A stretch of 58,656 bases of DNA, counting the filler, from Basidiobolus ranarum (taxonomy: Eukaryota): the NCBI GenBank assembly GCA_040143965.1. It is 4 parts of 4 records of this genome, joined end to end, with 100 filler letters (N's around TTAATTAATTAA, not from the genome) between each part and the next. Parts side by side here need not be neighbours in the genome. Positions count along the whole stretch, not along the records: positions 29,451 to 44,037 come from JASJQH010000420.1; positions 44,138 to 58,656 come from JASJQH010000421.1; 2 more parts are not named here. One strand, 5' to 3'. Positions 33,842-47,100 of this stretch are shown here, one piece after another (within the stretch, counting starts at the first letter, position 1; each line of letters begins with the position of its first letter). The notes under the pieces were generated by a model that searched no databases, was not told the DNA's origin, and saw only the letters and a list, made by a program, of their open reading frames with translations. A program made the position numbers and the translations under genes.

Positions 33842-36837
33842 TTAATTAGACAATGCATATATGAGGGACTTTTGTTCTTCTAGGGTTAACTCTTTCAGTA
33901 AGCCACGTTCGTGTTCACTCTGAATATCGCTCAGATTACTATCTAACACATGTATGATCGTCTCATATTTATCCCAAGAGTCGACGTATTTACGAATTGG
34001 TAGTCTCTCGACCTGTCTGCCCTTTCCACGTCCTTTCTCCAGAACAAACCAGGTATCAGACTTATTTAACAGCTGAAATATATAACGCAACTGGTGAGTC
34101 TCATCCTTGGAAATACTCGCCAGCGAAAGCACCTCCTGGATCAACTCGCTTAATGATGCATCTATCAACAGACCCATGGACTTGCCATAGATTGTAACAG
34201 GTAAAGTAGGTTTGGCTATCTTGGACCATTGATTCAAGTGATAGATCAATTGTTTAACCGCACGCTCCACCATTTCAAAGCGATCATCTTCTGCTGTCCC
34301 AGCGAATCCATCAGCGTTGCGGATTATTTGCTGAATTTGTAGCTTCTGTCGTTTCATATGATTTTTGAAGCAACTTTCTCCCAGATGACGGAAGTACGGC
34401 ACCAAGTCAATAAATGTCCCGGTTTGTTCCAATGGACTAGGGAAGAAGTTTTTATGTTGATAGCCCAACGTTAAGAGATGATGAGTTATGTAAGCGCAAT
34501 CATTATAGAAGATAAGTGAACGTAATGGGATGTTTTCGATGGCATCCGCATTATGGATAGGAACCAAAGCTCTAAAGAGATTGAAGATATCTCTTGCACA
34601 TAAATAAAGCTCGATCGCACTAAGGATGAATTCTGAATCAATATAAGTGAGATTACCAATAGGTGATGAGGTGCACTTACCCTGCTTTAGGAGCATTTTC
34701 CGCTTCGGCCAAAGTCATATATACCATCTCCACCAAAGTTTGAGTCTGAACACTGATATGGCATGTAGGCAAAGCAAACCCTTCATCTCCCACTTCTAAT
34801 CCCTCCTTACCACTGAGTCCGTTTTGCTCCACGCCGGGTTTACTAGGATTGCCTGATTGGACTTTTCCTTTTCCGCCACCAAGCGCGGCAATTCCACCTA
34901 TACGAGAACAATGAGATGATTGAACTTGACATTGATAAGTGAATGCATAGGAATAGTACCTCGTTCAGTTCCTTGAGTCACCTCTACAGTGTTGTAGTCT
35001 TCGTTCAAAATGATCTCTCTAGCAGTAGCCAAAAGTTCCGAACGCTTTTTCTTGGCGTAATGAACATAAATATTCTTTACAAACTTTGAGATCAAGTGTT
35101 TCTCTTCTGGAATCAAGCCTAAATCCAGATATAATTAGTTGAGGAACGAACTCCAATGGTAAGTCATGATGGAAGAATCTTACCAAGTTCCATCATTTTC
35201 TTTTCAAATACTATGGCGATTTCGGTAATACTATCATAAGCGGCAAGCTGATCTCTATCCCCAGGAATGGTCAGAGTTAAGCACTTTGGAAGTAAAAGAT
35301 CCCACAATTCGTGGAACCATATTTTCCCAAACAATTGCATGTACATGGAGCCATCTTCGTTGTCATCAGATTCGGATACGAAGATGTATTTCTTCAGGAA
35401 CTCTCCCAAAGTGAGAATATTGTCGAAAATCTTGTTTGTATCTACTAAAAAGAGTGGATGTTCAGAAGACATTAAGAAAGGGAGTAGTGATTAGCAAAGT
35501 AAAATACCTTTAGAAGTTTCCCGAGATTTACTGACTCCAGTGATGCTACCGTAACGTAGGGTAGCGTGGAATTTACTCTTATGAACAGTTAATTCTTGGC
35601 TTGGATTCTCGAGGATGGGTTGGATGAATAGATTGATCACTGATTTGGCCAACAACTTCAATTTAACATGGAGTGTATTCATGACGGAGAAAGCGGTGAA
35701 CACATCGATCAACGATAAAGGATTTTCATAGTATTTCGTTGTATGAGCCGCTAAAGGTGGGTTTTACGGTGTTAAAACTTGCACAGAGATCTATAAAGAT
35801 GTAGGAATAAGCGTACCTGACAGACGGAAATTCACCAAGATCTCCGAGATACGATTCTTATTACTAAAAAGCAATGCGGAATTGTAAAGCTCATCCAGAC
35901 GGAATTTCAATGAGCTCTTTTTTTTGATGTAATGTTCCTACAACGATGAATCTCAAGTTAGATAAATGAATAGAGGGAAGTGGGAACATAAATAGCCTAC
36001 TTTGATCAATTTCAGGATGACTGAATCACAAGTAACTCCGGAACCATTGGAGAGTTGTTCAATCATATTGCTCTACACAAATAATAAAAGTTACTCATTT
36101 GAATTCAATGAATTGTATAGAATGCTATGTACCATTTCTGACAATGAACCAGCTGCTGTTATAAACTCTCCCATTTCGATTAAATTATCGAAGTCTTGCA
36201 ATTGTCTATGAACCTTATGTGAACAACCAGTTAGAACATATACCAGTAATATATGAGCGATAGTATATCTTCCTCTCACCTTTGACAATAAATGAAGTGC
36301 ATCTACGAAGCTATCAAACTCTTCCAATTGTTTTTTTATCGATTTGCTTTGTTTGGTGTCTTCTTGCTAGGTAAATCAATGAAATATAAACGAACTGTTC
36401 ATCGAAATCCTCCACAAATACCATAAAAAATGGGAAAAGAAACAAGGGAATTACCAATTCCGAGTTAACTCTAGAGTTCAATAACACCAGTTCATCACCT
36501 AATTCCAACACTTCTTCTTGCAAGTCCATACAATACTTATAAGTATTGATAAATTCTTTATAATGACTAGAATTAACCAAGTTAGGTTAAAAATTTCCCT
36601 CCAATACTTTCAAAGTGAAGATAGAGTTACAATACCTATTGATTGTTTCATAGACGTTAGCCTAGATAATGGTCGAAAAGAGAGGTTTAAGCACTATATA
36701 CTATCATCAAAGGAATTCTCGCTCTATCTCTAACGAACCTTTGTTCTCTCTAGTTTAGTTTGAAATTTGGTGACCAATTCGGGTAGACCAAGTGTCTCCT
36801 CTTGGGTAGAATTTTTGGTTGGAGTTAAACTCGGCAT
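33842..36837 (-). CDS. ZW10: Centromere/kinetochore and NRZ tether protein ZW10, multi-exon; exact 3' end uncertain
   Basis: LPTCHISVQTQTLV, ARDIFNLFRALVP, LIFYNDCAYITHHLLTLG, TFIDLVPYFRHLG, AVKQLIYHL, EQKSLIYAL; start MPSLTPTK at 36837. Confidence 0.88.
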
Positions 36838-37438
36838 AAGTGATAAGATAATCGACTAAAGGGGAGTTAATAGAGAAAGTTAAGGGGGTGATGGGCTCCT
36901 TCGATTCTAGAAGATAGGCTTTGTTAAGGAAATCGAGGTAGAAAGTTGAAACTTTACTTGCAAAGGAAAAGTTGTGGCTTTTTTTCCGGCGATTAGAGTA
37001 GAGAATGGATTGAAGTCGAATGTAAACAAAACAATCTACTATTCTCATTCTTCATGTAAACAAACTATGATCATCAAATTTAGTTCGAATTCATGCTCAC
37101 ATTCTTTCAAAAGATGAGTGTTTTGTCACGTGATTAGACAAGAGAATATAATAAGTTATGAACATAGTAGAAATCGAGCAATATTAATGAACATCTAGTG
37201 GAAATGGAGTTTTTATATTATTAATAATAAAGCATTAACTGAATCAAGTGATATTTCGAGTTTTCTAAAAGAAAAACGAAGTGCAACTCATCTCCAGATG
37301 TTTGAAGCGAAGCAAGAAGTATTAACCACGTCCCATTCAAACGAAGAAAATAAGAGGATTGAGGAAAGGTTGAGGGAGGGAGGGGAATGAATGAAAACGT
37401 GTGGATGGGCAAAAGATAGGAAGAAATGAATGAGACTT

Positions 37439-38797
37439 TTAAAAGATAGGAATATAGTTGTTAATTCTTTCTTTCTGTTGTTGTTGAATGCATTCAGCGA
37501 TCCAGACGATATTACGAATCTCTTGTTCCTTCAACTTCAACCAAGCGTAGAAAACTCCATAATGGAATTGTTGATAAAATGCAAGTTTGTTGTAATGAAC
37601 TTCTTGTTCGAAGAATTTATCTTCTAGTGTCTTGGATTGTCCTTGGAGTGAATTATCGAAGAATGGGCGGTATTCCGAGTAAACTTCACAAGCAGCCTTG
37701 ACTTGTTCGATATCGTCGGCACGAGCAAGTTTGGCGGAACCATCAGGATAAAGACGTCCAATAGTAGGGAACAAACTAGCACGATCACTTTTAGAAAGCT
37801 CGGTACCAAAGGAGTTAATGGTGATATTAATACTACGACGGTCAGCTTCGAACTATAGAATGAAGGCCATTACTAAAAATCTTCCATTGGAAACACTATA
37901 GTTAGAGAAAGAAATATACCTGAAGGATCTCTCCCATGACTTCAGCGGTGGTAGGACCTAAGGTGAGACAGTAATGATAGAAGTCCTCAAGATAGGCTTT
38001 GTAAAGAGTATTTCTAATGATTTCAATGTTCATCTCATTAAGATCATTAGCGGATAAACATTCTCTAAAATAGGGTGCTGTGAAAGTAGGAGTTAATATT
38101 TGCCAACAAAAAACAAGTGATAATTAATTATACTAACCCAAGGGAGTGTCCACAATGACGGTGTTGTATAATTCGGAAACATTAGTGGCAACACAAAGAG
38201 CGGGCATAGAATCAAACACACCCAAAGGATGGCATCTATCAAGAAGTTCGTGTGTGTCACGTTCATGGAGAGTACCGGTAATCAGGAGGATGACATTATC
38301 AATCATGTAGGCATAACTATGTAAAAACAATAAATAAATGCTAATCAAAAAGACCAAACCATCATGGATACATACGTCAAATAATCGAGGAAGGTTGAGA
38401 GTGGTGGAACAGCTTGAGTACGAACGTATTCAAACTCTTGAATAAGTTTATCAGTACATTTCTCGGAAATGACTGAGGTGGCAAGAGGAGAAGGTTCATT
38501 CTGAAGGAAGTTGCCATAATCGGTAGAAGCCAACTGAAGTTTGAAATCTAAAACAAAACCATATATTCCGGTTAGAAAGTGTGTAGAGAAATAAGATACC
38601 CTGGTACGAGTTATATGCGTACAGGTAGCAAATAAAAAAACACACAAAAGAAACAACTAAGCACCTTCTAAGTTTTCACATTGACTCAAGTTGAGATATT
38701 GAGTACTGTTAAGAATACCGCCGCGGTAGCCACGGACAATACCTTCCAAGTATCCGTCCTCAACATTGAAATAAGAACTCTCCAAGGCAGTTTGCAT
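37439..38797 (-). CDS. VMA6: V-type proton ATPase V0 subunit d, multi-exon
   Basis: [92 protein letters not shown]. Confidence 0.97.
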
Positions 38798-39845
38798 ATT
38801 GACGACAGAGAAATACAAAGAAATAAAGGACAAGAAGGAGTCGACGGGATAGAAATAGAAATAAAGAGAAAGGCCCACCTTTGATTGGGAAACAGTGAGC
38901 TATAGAAATATTCTCCACTTATTGAGAAAGGAATGATTTTGAGAATTCTGTGGTCAGATTTTTGATTTACAAGAACACATTCAATAATCTGTAACGCATA
39001 TATCGACCACTCTCAGGCACTGGGTACGATCTGCTATTAATGTATCAAATATGTTTAAACTTTATCAGCCCCACGATGTGACCAATCAGCGATTCAGATC
39101 CTAAGAAGGTGTAGTACTGCTAGTCAGGAATCTATTAATTAATGGTACTCGAGTACTAAATTTGAGCGTTTATATTTGGCAGATATTATCTTATTTGCGG
39201 ATAAAAAGCAGCAATTTAAACTTGTTTGATCCAACGCCACTAAATAACATCCAGCCTAGACATCGAGGAAACATTGTTACGGCCCTCCACTCATGTTGCT
39301 TATTTCTCCCCATGTGGGCGATTGTAGACCATATAATGCTCTCGTCACAAATCCTCTTTTTACTTTGACCTTCGTAGGTTTTCTGCTTCCAATTGGCATA
39401 ATTTAATTTATCCTATTTTCAGTTTACTATGATGAAACGTCATTCTAGTTAACCCGGATATGCCATCTTTTTACATTAGATGAGTCGTACGTGGGAGATA
39501 CGAGAGGGTTAGGGCTACCTACGAGCCTAATCCAAAATGTATTTGATTTTATTGATTAATAAAAACTTTCTCTACGAATCAATTTTTCTTGCCATTGAAA
39601 TAACTGTGAAGTGTCTTTTGTAAGACTTCTTATTTCGCGTTTCTCGTGTAAACAATTCTGAGCTATTTTTTGGGTATTTATTGTTTATATATATGTATAT
39701 GTCCAAACTTTCTTGCTGACTTATTTTCAAAGGTTTGTTAGATATAGGTTAGTTTAACTTAATACGTGTAGTGATTCATTTGTACCCGGTTGGCTTTAAC
39801 GCACCCCATTCCCCTTTCCTATAAAGCATCTCTAGTTTTATAAAT

Positions 39846-40611
39846 ATGTCTAGTGGTGATGAACATCAAGAGGAAGACCAGATGAAGGTCAACGAAGAGC
39901 AGACAGACAACAATGAGGAGGAAAAAGAGGAAGAAGAAGAGGAAGTCTATGTTGTAGAGAAAGTGGTCAATCACCGAAAGCGTGGTGTAAGTCTGATCCT
40001 ATTAGCCGGAATATGTGCACTTCTAATCTCTCTTGTTTTATTTAGAATAAAACTCAATACTTTCTCAAATGGAAAGGTTATCCCCAAGAAGATAATACTT
40101 GGGAAGATGAAGATAATCTTTTCTGTCACGAGTTAATCGACGAGTATTTGAAGAGTAAAGAATTACCCAGAGCTACACCTGGAACTAAGAACTCTCGAGG
40201 TAGACCAGCAAAGAGAACTAAAGGAGAAAGCTCTGATGAGGAAGTGGTTTCTCCAACTAAAAAGGTTGTTAATGGGGAGGACTCGGAAAGCTGGGAAGAG
40301 CAAGTCAAAGAGGTGGAGACTGTTGAGCGCGATGATTCGGACCAATTGAAGATTTATTTAATCTGGTAAGTGTACTTTCACTTCACCATATTGAATGTGA
40401 ATTACTAGAGGTTTAAATTAACTCCTTTCTTCTTGTAATAGGAAAAATGGCAAGAGAACCGTCCATAATGCAGAGGATGCCAATAAGAAATGTCCACAAA
40501 AGGTAAAGCTCATCAAATATACCCTGATACGTCCTGTTACTTATTAAAACGGCAATTCATTAGGTTATCAAATTCTATGAATCACACTTAAGATTTAAAG
40601 TAGTCTCTTGA
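39846..40611 (+). CDS. HP1/Swi6-family chromodomain + chromoshadow protein, four exons
   Basis: Acidic run then [30 protein letters not shown] (chromodomain); [40 protein letters not shown] (chromoshadow). Confidence 0.9.
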
Positions 40612-41865
40612 TCCATATACTTGAAGTAACTAAGTTTGTACCTATAGCAATCCCAAATGGAGAAGTGAATTCGTGTATCCTACATTGCTAAAGATTCGTT
40701 TTTTATGAGGAGCCTATTTAGTGATTTCCTTTTCATCTGCACGCATTTCAGGTGATATAAATAAAATGTATAATTTGACTAGCTTTGCCAGACTTAATCG
40801 ACATCAATCGGTATTTTTTGATTTAACAAATGAAAGTAGTTGTTTGGGCTGGTTAGCCACTACAAGCAGAAGCTAGCCTATCTCAGGTTAAGACATACTA
40901 CCGATACTTTGTGTTTGAGTAACGTCCACAAAGCCAAGGAGAGACTTCAAAAACCTTGGGAATGCCCTTTTCTCACCCAAAGGATGGGCAATGAGTCTTT
41001 GGGGTTCAAATCCAGATATGTTGGCCACAAATTCTAGTTAGATGAACCTGACCCTATATTATTATTATCCAACACCGCTTCCTGCTTTAATCTATATCCG
41101 TCGTAACTGGCCTCAGTCTCGGTTCCAGTCCAAATGGAATCGCATTATTCCTTTGCTGGGACTATTTTGTTCCACACCAGAGCCACCCTTTAGGAAAGAG
41201 GTTATCGATACACGCATACTGCCTACCACATCCATCGTACATTGTAGATCTAACAATTAATTTCAACCACATGGCGTGTATGGCCAATCATGCTTGACTC
41301 GCCATTGTTCGTTACCTACAATTTGTACAGTTTAAGGTTGACTGGCAGCAATCGGGGTCAGTAAAAGGTTGCATTAACTGAACTGCTCGAACCTACCATT
41401 TAACCCACCGAACCTACCATTTAACCCACCAAAAAGGCAGTCCCCTCCCTGAATAGTCAGCCATTGAGTGGTGTGGTTAACCTAACAGACACTTTAACCA
41501 ACTTCCTCGCCCATTGTATTTATTAAGTCCGAGATCTTTTTAATAGGAAATCATTGGTCTGCCTAGTTTGGTTTGGTGATGGGTGTTAAGTGTTGAGCCT
41601 CACTCTTCTTTCAGAAATTCCAGATTTCATTTGTAGTAGATTTGAATTCTTTGAAGCCCAGATTGGATCGGAAATGGTCATGGAAACCAGAAGCGGACTC
41701 CTTTTTTGGAGTCATCAACAAATATTCACACTCCCGTCCTGCATATAAAACCAACCCTAAATCATCTGAAAGTCAATTCCTAGTATCCCTCCTCTCCTGA
41801 TAGCAATAAAACCCCGATAGTTTTGAATCTCTGTACGTTCTGTCAATCTACAATAACATAGCCAC

Positions 41866-42963
41866 ATGAGCACTTCTCGTATTCAAATTAGATTGTCAGA
41901 GAACCATTTGATATTGAATGGTGCACGCGCCGAATCTGCCGGTTGTGTGTTGCGCGGTTCAGTAGTCCTCAACCTTCCAAGTAGCAGAAGAGTTAAAAAG
42001 ATTTGGTTGAACTTCTCAGGACGTATTCAACTGGGCTGGACAGAAGGTAAATTTTCAATCAACTGATTTCCCTCCATTTTCCATGCTAACCCACCTCCTT
42101 TCCTTACAGGTCACCATATACACAACGTCAAGCGTAGCATCATCGATCATACCTGGACATTTCTAGACGCTGGAAAGAAATCCAAGACCCTTGCCAGTGG
42201 GCAGCATGTGTTTGACTTTGAACTTCCACTCAGCGGAGATATTCCAGAGACGGTGAGGACCGAGCGCGGAATCATTGAGTATGTACTTACTGCCCATGTG
42301 GAGCGTCCTAGATTCCACACCAATTATTTCGCTACGAGAAATGTCTTCATCAAACGACAAGTTTCTTCTACAGCCACCGAGTTGATGGAGTCAGTGGTGA
42401 TTTCGGACCTATGGGAGCATAAGCTTGCGTATGAGTTCTTTGTTCCTTACAGAGCGTTTGGTGAGGGAGAGTCTATCACCGTTGGGTTTAAACTTCATCC
42501 ACTGGTGGAGGGGTTGCAAGTCCAGAGAGTTAGCTGTTCACTCAAGGAGTATGTTCGTTACGAATCGAATGATGGCAATTCACATCGAATTCATTCCCAC
42601 CAGATTTGTTTCGATGAAGATTTTAGACCACGTAGGATTACCGAGATGATTGAGAAACAAACCACTTTGGTAGTCCCAAAAGCTCTGGAGATGGTACAAT
42701 ATGATTGTGACACTGATTTGATTCAGATCAAACACAAGCTCAAAGCACAAATCGAGGTAGTTGAGCCCAATGGCACGCTAACTAAAATCTTGGCTGCCAT
42801 TCCAATTTTGATCATTCCCGGGTCTTTAGAAGAGGCTCTTGATTGCTTACCAACATATGAGTTAGGGATTCCATTACCCAGCTATGAGAGCATTAGAGCC
42901 CCTCATTTACCTCCCGCATATGAACAACATACAATACCCGTGAGATCCATCGCAACCTACTAG
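41866..42963 (+). CDS. Alpha-arrestin (ART family), two exons
   Basis: GCVLRGSVVL, GQHVFDFELPLSGDIPETV, IEYVLTAHVERP, IQIKHKLK; C-terminal LPTY, LPSY, PPAY motifs. Confidence 0.88.
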
Positions 42964-43529
42964 CATCTTTCAGCCCACCCATTACATAAGCATATTGATT
43001 GTAAAATAGAAATGTACATATTTGATATGTAACATATGAATAAATTAAATAAGTATAAAAATAGACTGACGAATGAAGTAATTCACTCGAACCGAATATT
43101 CCACCGTCGTCTTGGGGTTGAACTCAGAATACCTTCCGATAATTGTTTCGTAAGATATGCTTCTTTTGATGTTAATGGGCACCTTCCAGGGTACTTCCTT
43201 TTTAACTATTCAATAAATTGCTTTTCCCTACTGAGATGTATTATGATGGAGGTGACTTTGTTTACTTGTCTCTATGAATGGGTGTGAGGCTGACAAGTTG
43301 TTTTAATAATTCGGCTCAAGCTATCAACAATACAATATTTATGATGTTTACCCACTAACAGTGGAAGAAAGGTGACAATGAGTAAAAAGAATTGCCGATG
43401 ATTATAATTTATTTTGGTCTATAAGGGCTAGTATTCAATGTTCTATCGAGGCTTGTAAAGGGCTAGTATACACACTTTCTGGGCTATACACGTGTTGGAT
43501 AAATAAGTACAGAGTATCAACAATCGACG

Positions 43530-44037
43530 TCAACGAAATTCAAATGATGATGACGATTGTCGGGGAATATGCATTAGAGTCAATTGTTGGAACCATTCAG
43601 CATTTTGATGATAGTAATAGCCAGTAATGGTACCAGTGGAGAGTTGGAGGCAAATGTAATAGAATCCGTCGAAGCTTGCTCCATTAACAGTATGAATTCG
43701 ATGATCAGGGATTAAAAATTGCTCTTTCCAACGCATAAATATGAAATCGTTGTTCTTGAGGTTGTACTTGAAATTATCTTGATTAAATGATCCCGAGTAT
43801 TGTTTAAAGGCTGGAAATTTAATCTAGAATGTTGATTAGATTAATCCTATTTCAATTAAATTCTTCCATTCACTTACCCAATGCTGTTTATCAATCATCT
43901 CGTCCACATCCCATTTGCGCGTCAAAAAAGAGTATTTGGGTCCGATGATTTCGGCATCAAAGAAGGTGGTGATTTCGGGATAGTCCTCGGTCAAGTCGTG
44001 AATGTGCAAATATCCACATAGGTACGAGTCATCAAGA
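43530..44037 (-). CDS. GID4: GID/CTLH complex substrate receptor Gid4/Vid24, 5' part lost in the gap
   Basis: [86 protein letters not shown]. Confidence 0.93.
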
Positions 44038-44137
44038 NNNNNNNNNNNNNNNNNNNNNNNNNNNNNNNNNNNNNNNNNNNNTTAATTAATTAANNNNNNN
44101 NNNNNNNNNNNNNNNNNNNNNNNNNNNNNNNNNNNNN
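44038..44137. other. Assembly gap / contig join with artificial linker
   Basis: N44 + TTAATTAATTAA + N44. Confidence 0.95.
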
Positions 44138-47100
44138 GGTCCGCTAGTAGATTAATGTGAGCAATTGTAGGGCTGTAGGCTTCATGATTGCGACTACTAA
44201 CTGTTGTGTTGTTGACTGACACAGCCTGCATAAAATTAGGAAGTTAGCGACTTGCTGAATAGTGATATATATAACAATTCTCTACCTGCACGCCTTGTTC
44301 ATGCCCAGGGAGTTGTCTAATATAATTCAGACGATTTAAATCCCATATGATACATGTATTGTCCTGGCATTATTTGATGCAAATCTAAGAATCAATATTA
44401 AAAAAAAATAGAAGATAGAGGAGTAAACTTACTTCCGAGCCAGTCACAACTATACTATAAGAACTTGAGACCGCGATGCAATTAACGGGCGAGGAATGTC
44501 CACGGAGTATCTGACATAATTGCAAAGTATCTTGCGATTTGTTTTGATGGATTTTCCACACACTTACGAGCTGCAAATAAACAGAAATTAAAATATCAAT
44601 CGTAGCAAAGGCGTAGAGATTGAAGGGCCTTCAGAGAAACTCACCGTATCTTCACCGCCAATAATTATTCGAGAAGAATCCGCAAACGATACGCATCTAA
44701 TTGGGCCTGAATGGAGATTTTCAAAAACACTCAAAACCTAATAAGCTAGAAAGTCAGGCTTTTCAGTTTTCTCAAGTACTATAAGTTTTAAGTTCAAACG
44801 TACCTTGCCGGTATCGGTTTGGTAGAGCCTCAAGCTATTATCAGAGAATCCCCATTCCACGTACTTGATGCCATTTGGGGGAAGAAACGCCTACACAAAT
44901 CATTGTTAACTAGATGGTTTACGTCAAATCCGATTTTTGGTAACATCCTACTTTCTGCGTACTAGCCGCCATTAATCTATCTTGAATTACACGAATCTCT
45001 CCTACGGGTTGTCCGATTTCTTATAAACATATAGAAGTATTAGTATATTCGAAGTTACAGTTACAGAAAAGGGGTTCAAATTCAATACCAAAGATGGGTG
45101 CCGCGGATTGATTCAGCATTTCCGGCTCACGATGGATCTTATAATTTCCGAATTGGTTAATGCCAGGTTCTAATGTTCTGCAAGGATGTGGTCTCTTAAA
45201 GAGTTGTCGAGGTGTTTGTCCAAAATTATGAATGATTCCAATGGTAGCACTCTTTTCAACAGGATCAGAAATGGAATCCAGATCAACTGCATCCTCATAG
45301 GACAGATGATGGAAAACATTCACAGCCTTTACCGATTCTTCGCCTTGTTGTTTGTAACCGAAGATTAAGTCGATCCATTCATGAAGATGGCTACTAGTGT
45401 ATTCGGATTCTAGTGCTTCCCTATGTTTTTTGATGAACAATTTAGGATCTCCATGGGCCCATGGGGGAAGAATGATCGAATCGATGGCTTCTCCACTTCC
45501 TTGCTTAACACCAAAGTTAAACCCATTACGGTTCTCCAAAAACTCTGGGAGATAAAAGAACTCGGGTATTAGTTCGCGCACATCTGTCATGTTCTTTTGA
45601 GAGGCAGATTGCCATGCGTGCTGAAGAGAATGGAATAATCTATCTGCATGGTCGAAATAGCCACCTTGGAGTTTGAGGAAAAAGTGTGTGAATGGTTCCA
45701 ATCGAATCAAGTACCAACAAACAATCATAGCAGAGGAATAATGAGTTCCGTAGTGAAAGGCCGGTGTAGTATTATCTGCTTCTTCCCAAGAGTTGTATCG
45801 TTCAACGAATTCTTTTTCTCGTTCAGTGGATTGTGCTCCCATGGGTTTAGATAAATCACGGTAGACTTTCGGATCGCTCAGATCTAACTCTTCACTAGTG
45901 TAATCGGCAAGAATCCAAGGAAATATAGGATATTGGGTCAGATCGTTATATGACCTTCCAGCCAGAGTATTCAGGTGCATAAGATACTGGAAGTTAGATA
46001 TTTCTCTTTTTTCCCACCGACTAGTGAGTTCACTTAACGAAGAGCTACCAAAAATCAGATTGGACAGCTTGGAGCCGATTGCCAACGGAGTGAGATCAGT
46101 ATGAGTGATGGTTCCAGCTACGGATTCGTTGGCACTAACTAACGACGTCAACCTGGCTAAGAGGCGGTTATATACAGAATCTCGTTGATTCAATTCGAGT
46201 GTCAACAAATAATTTCGTCCATCATTAAGGAATATTTCGATGGCGACATCTCTGAACAAAAATTTTCTTTTGTGAACTTCTTTTATGTCGTCGAAGGACC
46301 ATTTACGATGTTGATGCTTTTTGGATTCGTCTCCAACATTCTCAGGGTTAGAAGAGAGCATCTGAAGATATATGTCGCGTTCTTGTGAGGGAACTGTCCA
46401 GATATCTACAATCTCTCCATCCTTTCTTTGAAAATAATTATCAATAATGTAGATATGCGTCTTTCCAATAATCAAAAGCCCCTCAAAAGCATCTAAGCAT
46501 AGGATTCTACTGATATTGTATATGTCCAAAGCCGTATCTCCCAATTCAAGGATTCGTGAGATTTTGTAGTTCTTGTCCTCCTCTAAGATTCGTTCTGATG
46601 TTTCCGGTGCTGGGTCTTCAATTCTTTCAGTAGTAAATTCGGTCGGCTCCTCGGAGACTTCAGAGGTTAATATTTGAAAATCTTCAGCATCCGCAATAGC
46701 TTCAATTTTATCAGAGTCTAAACCTTCTTGCAGCAATATAAACGAATCACTCTTCTTTGCCTTGTTACCCAAAACATTGTAACTTTGCTTTGGTTTGTAA
46801 GCGACTTTAGGGTAATTCCTATGGAGCTGTAATCTCTTTCTCATACGGCAAGGGCCTTCGGTAAAATCTAACTTCCACCGTTGGTTCAGATTGGCTTTTT
46901 CATCAGTTTGCCAGATAGCTCTTTCATGATACAGTTGTTCAGAGAGGTAGCTCCATTCCGCCGTTATGAATTCGTCATTATCTATGCAATCTTGTAATGA
47001 TTTCCCTAGTCTGTTTGACTCTAAGCTCTGAATACTTCTCGACCAAGCTTGTGCTTTTACAAGGTATCTTTGATATACATCCATCGCGGTGCGTTTCGTT

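Noticed and set aside
36631..36640. AG|GT junction suggesting recursive splicing in ZW10 intron 1
   Set aside because: Better explained as the 3' end of a 26-nt coding microexon that restores the frame.
37125..37133. GTCACGTGA (E-box / CDEI / CLEAR-like motif) upstream of ZW10
   Set aside because: Single short motif with no centromere-like context; cannot be told from chance.
41388..41430. 21-bp tandem duplication (cgaacctaccatttaacccac x2) upstream of the arrestin gene
   Set aside because: Ordinary slippage duplication with no further structure.
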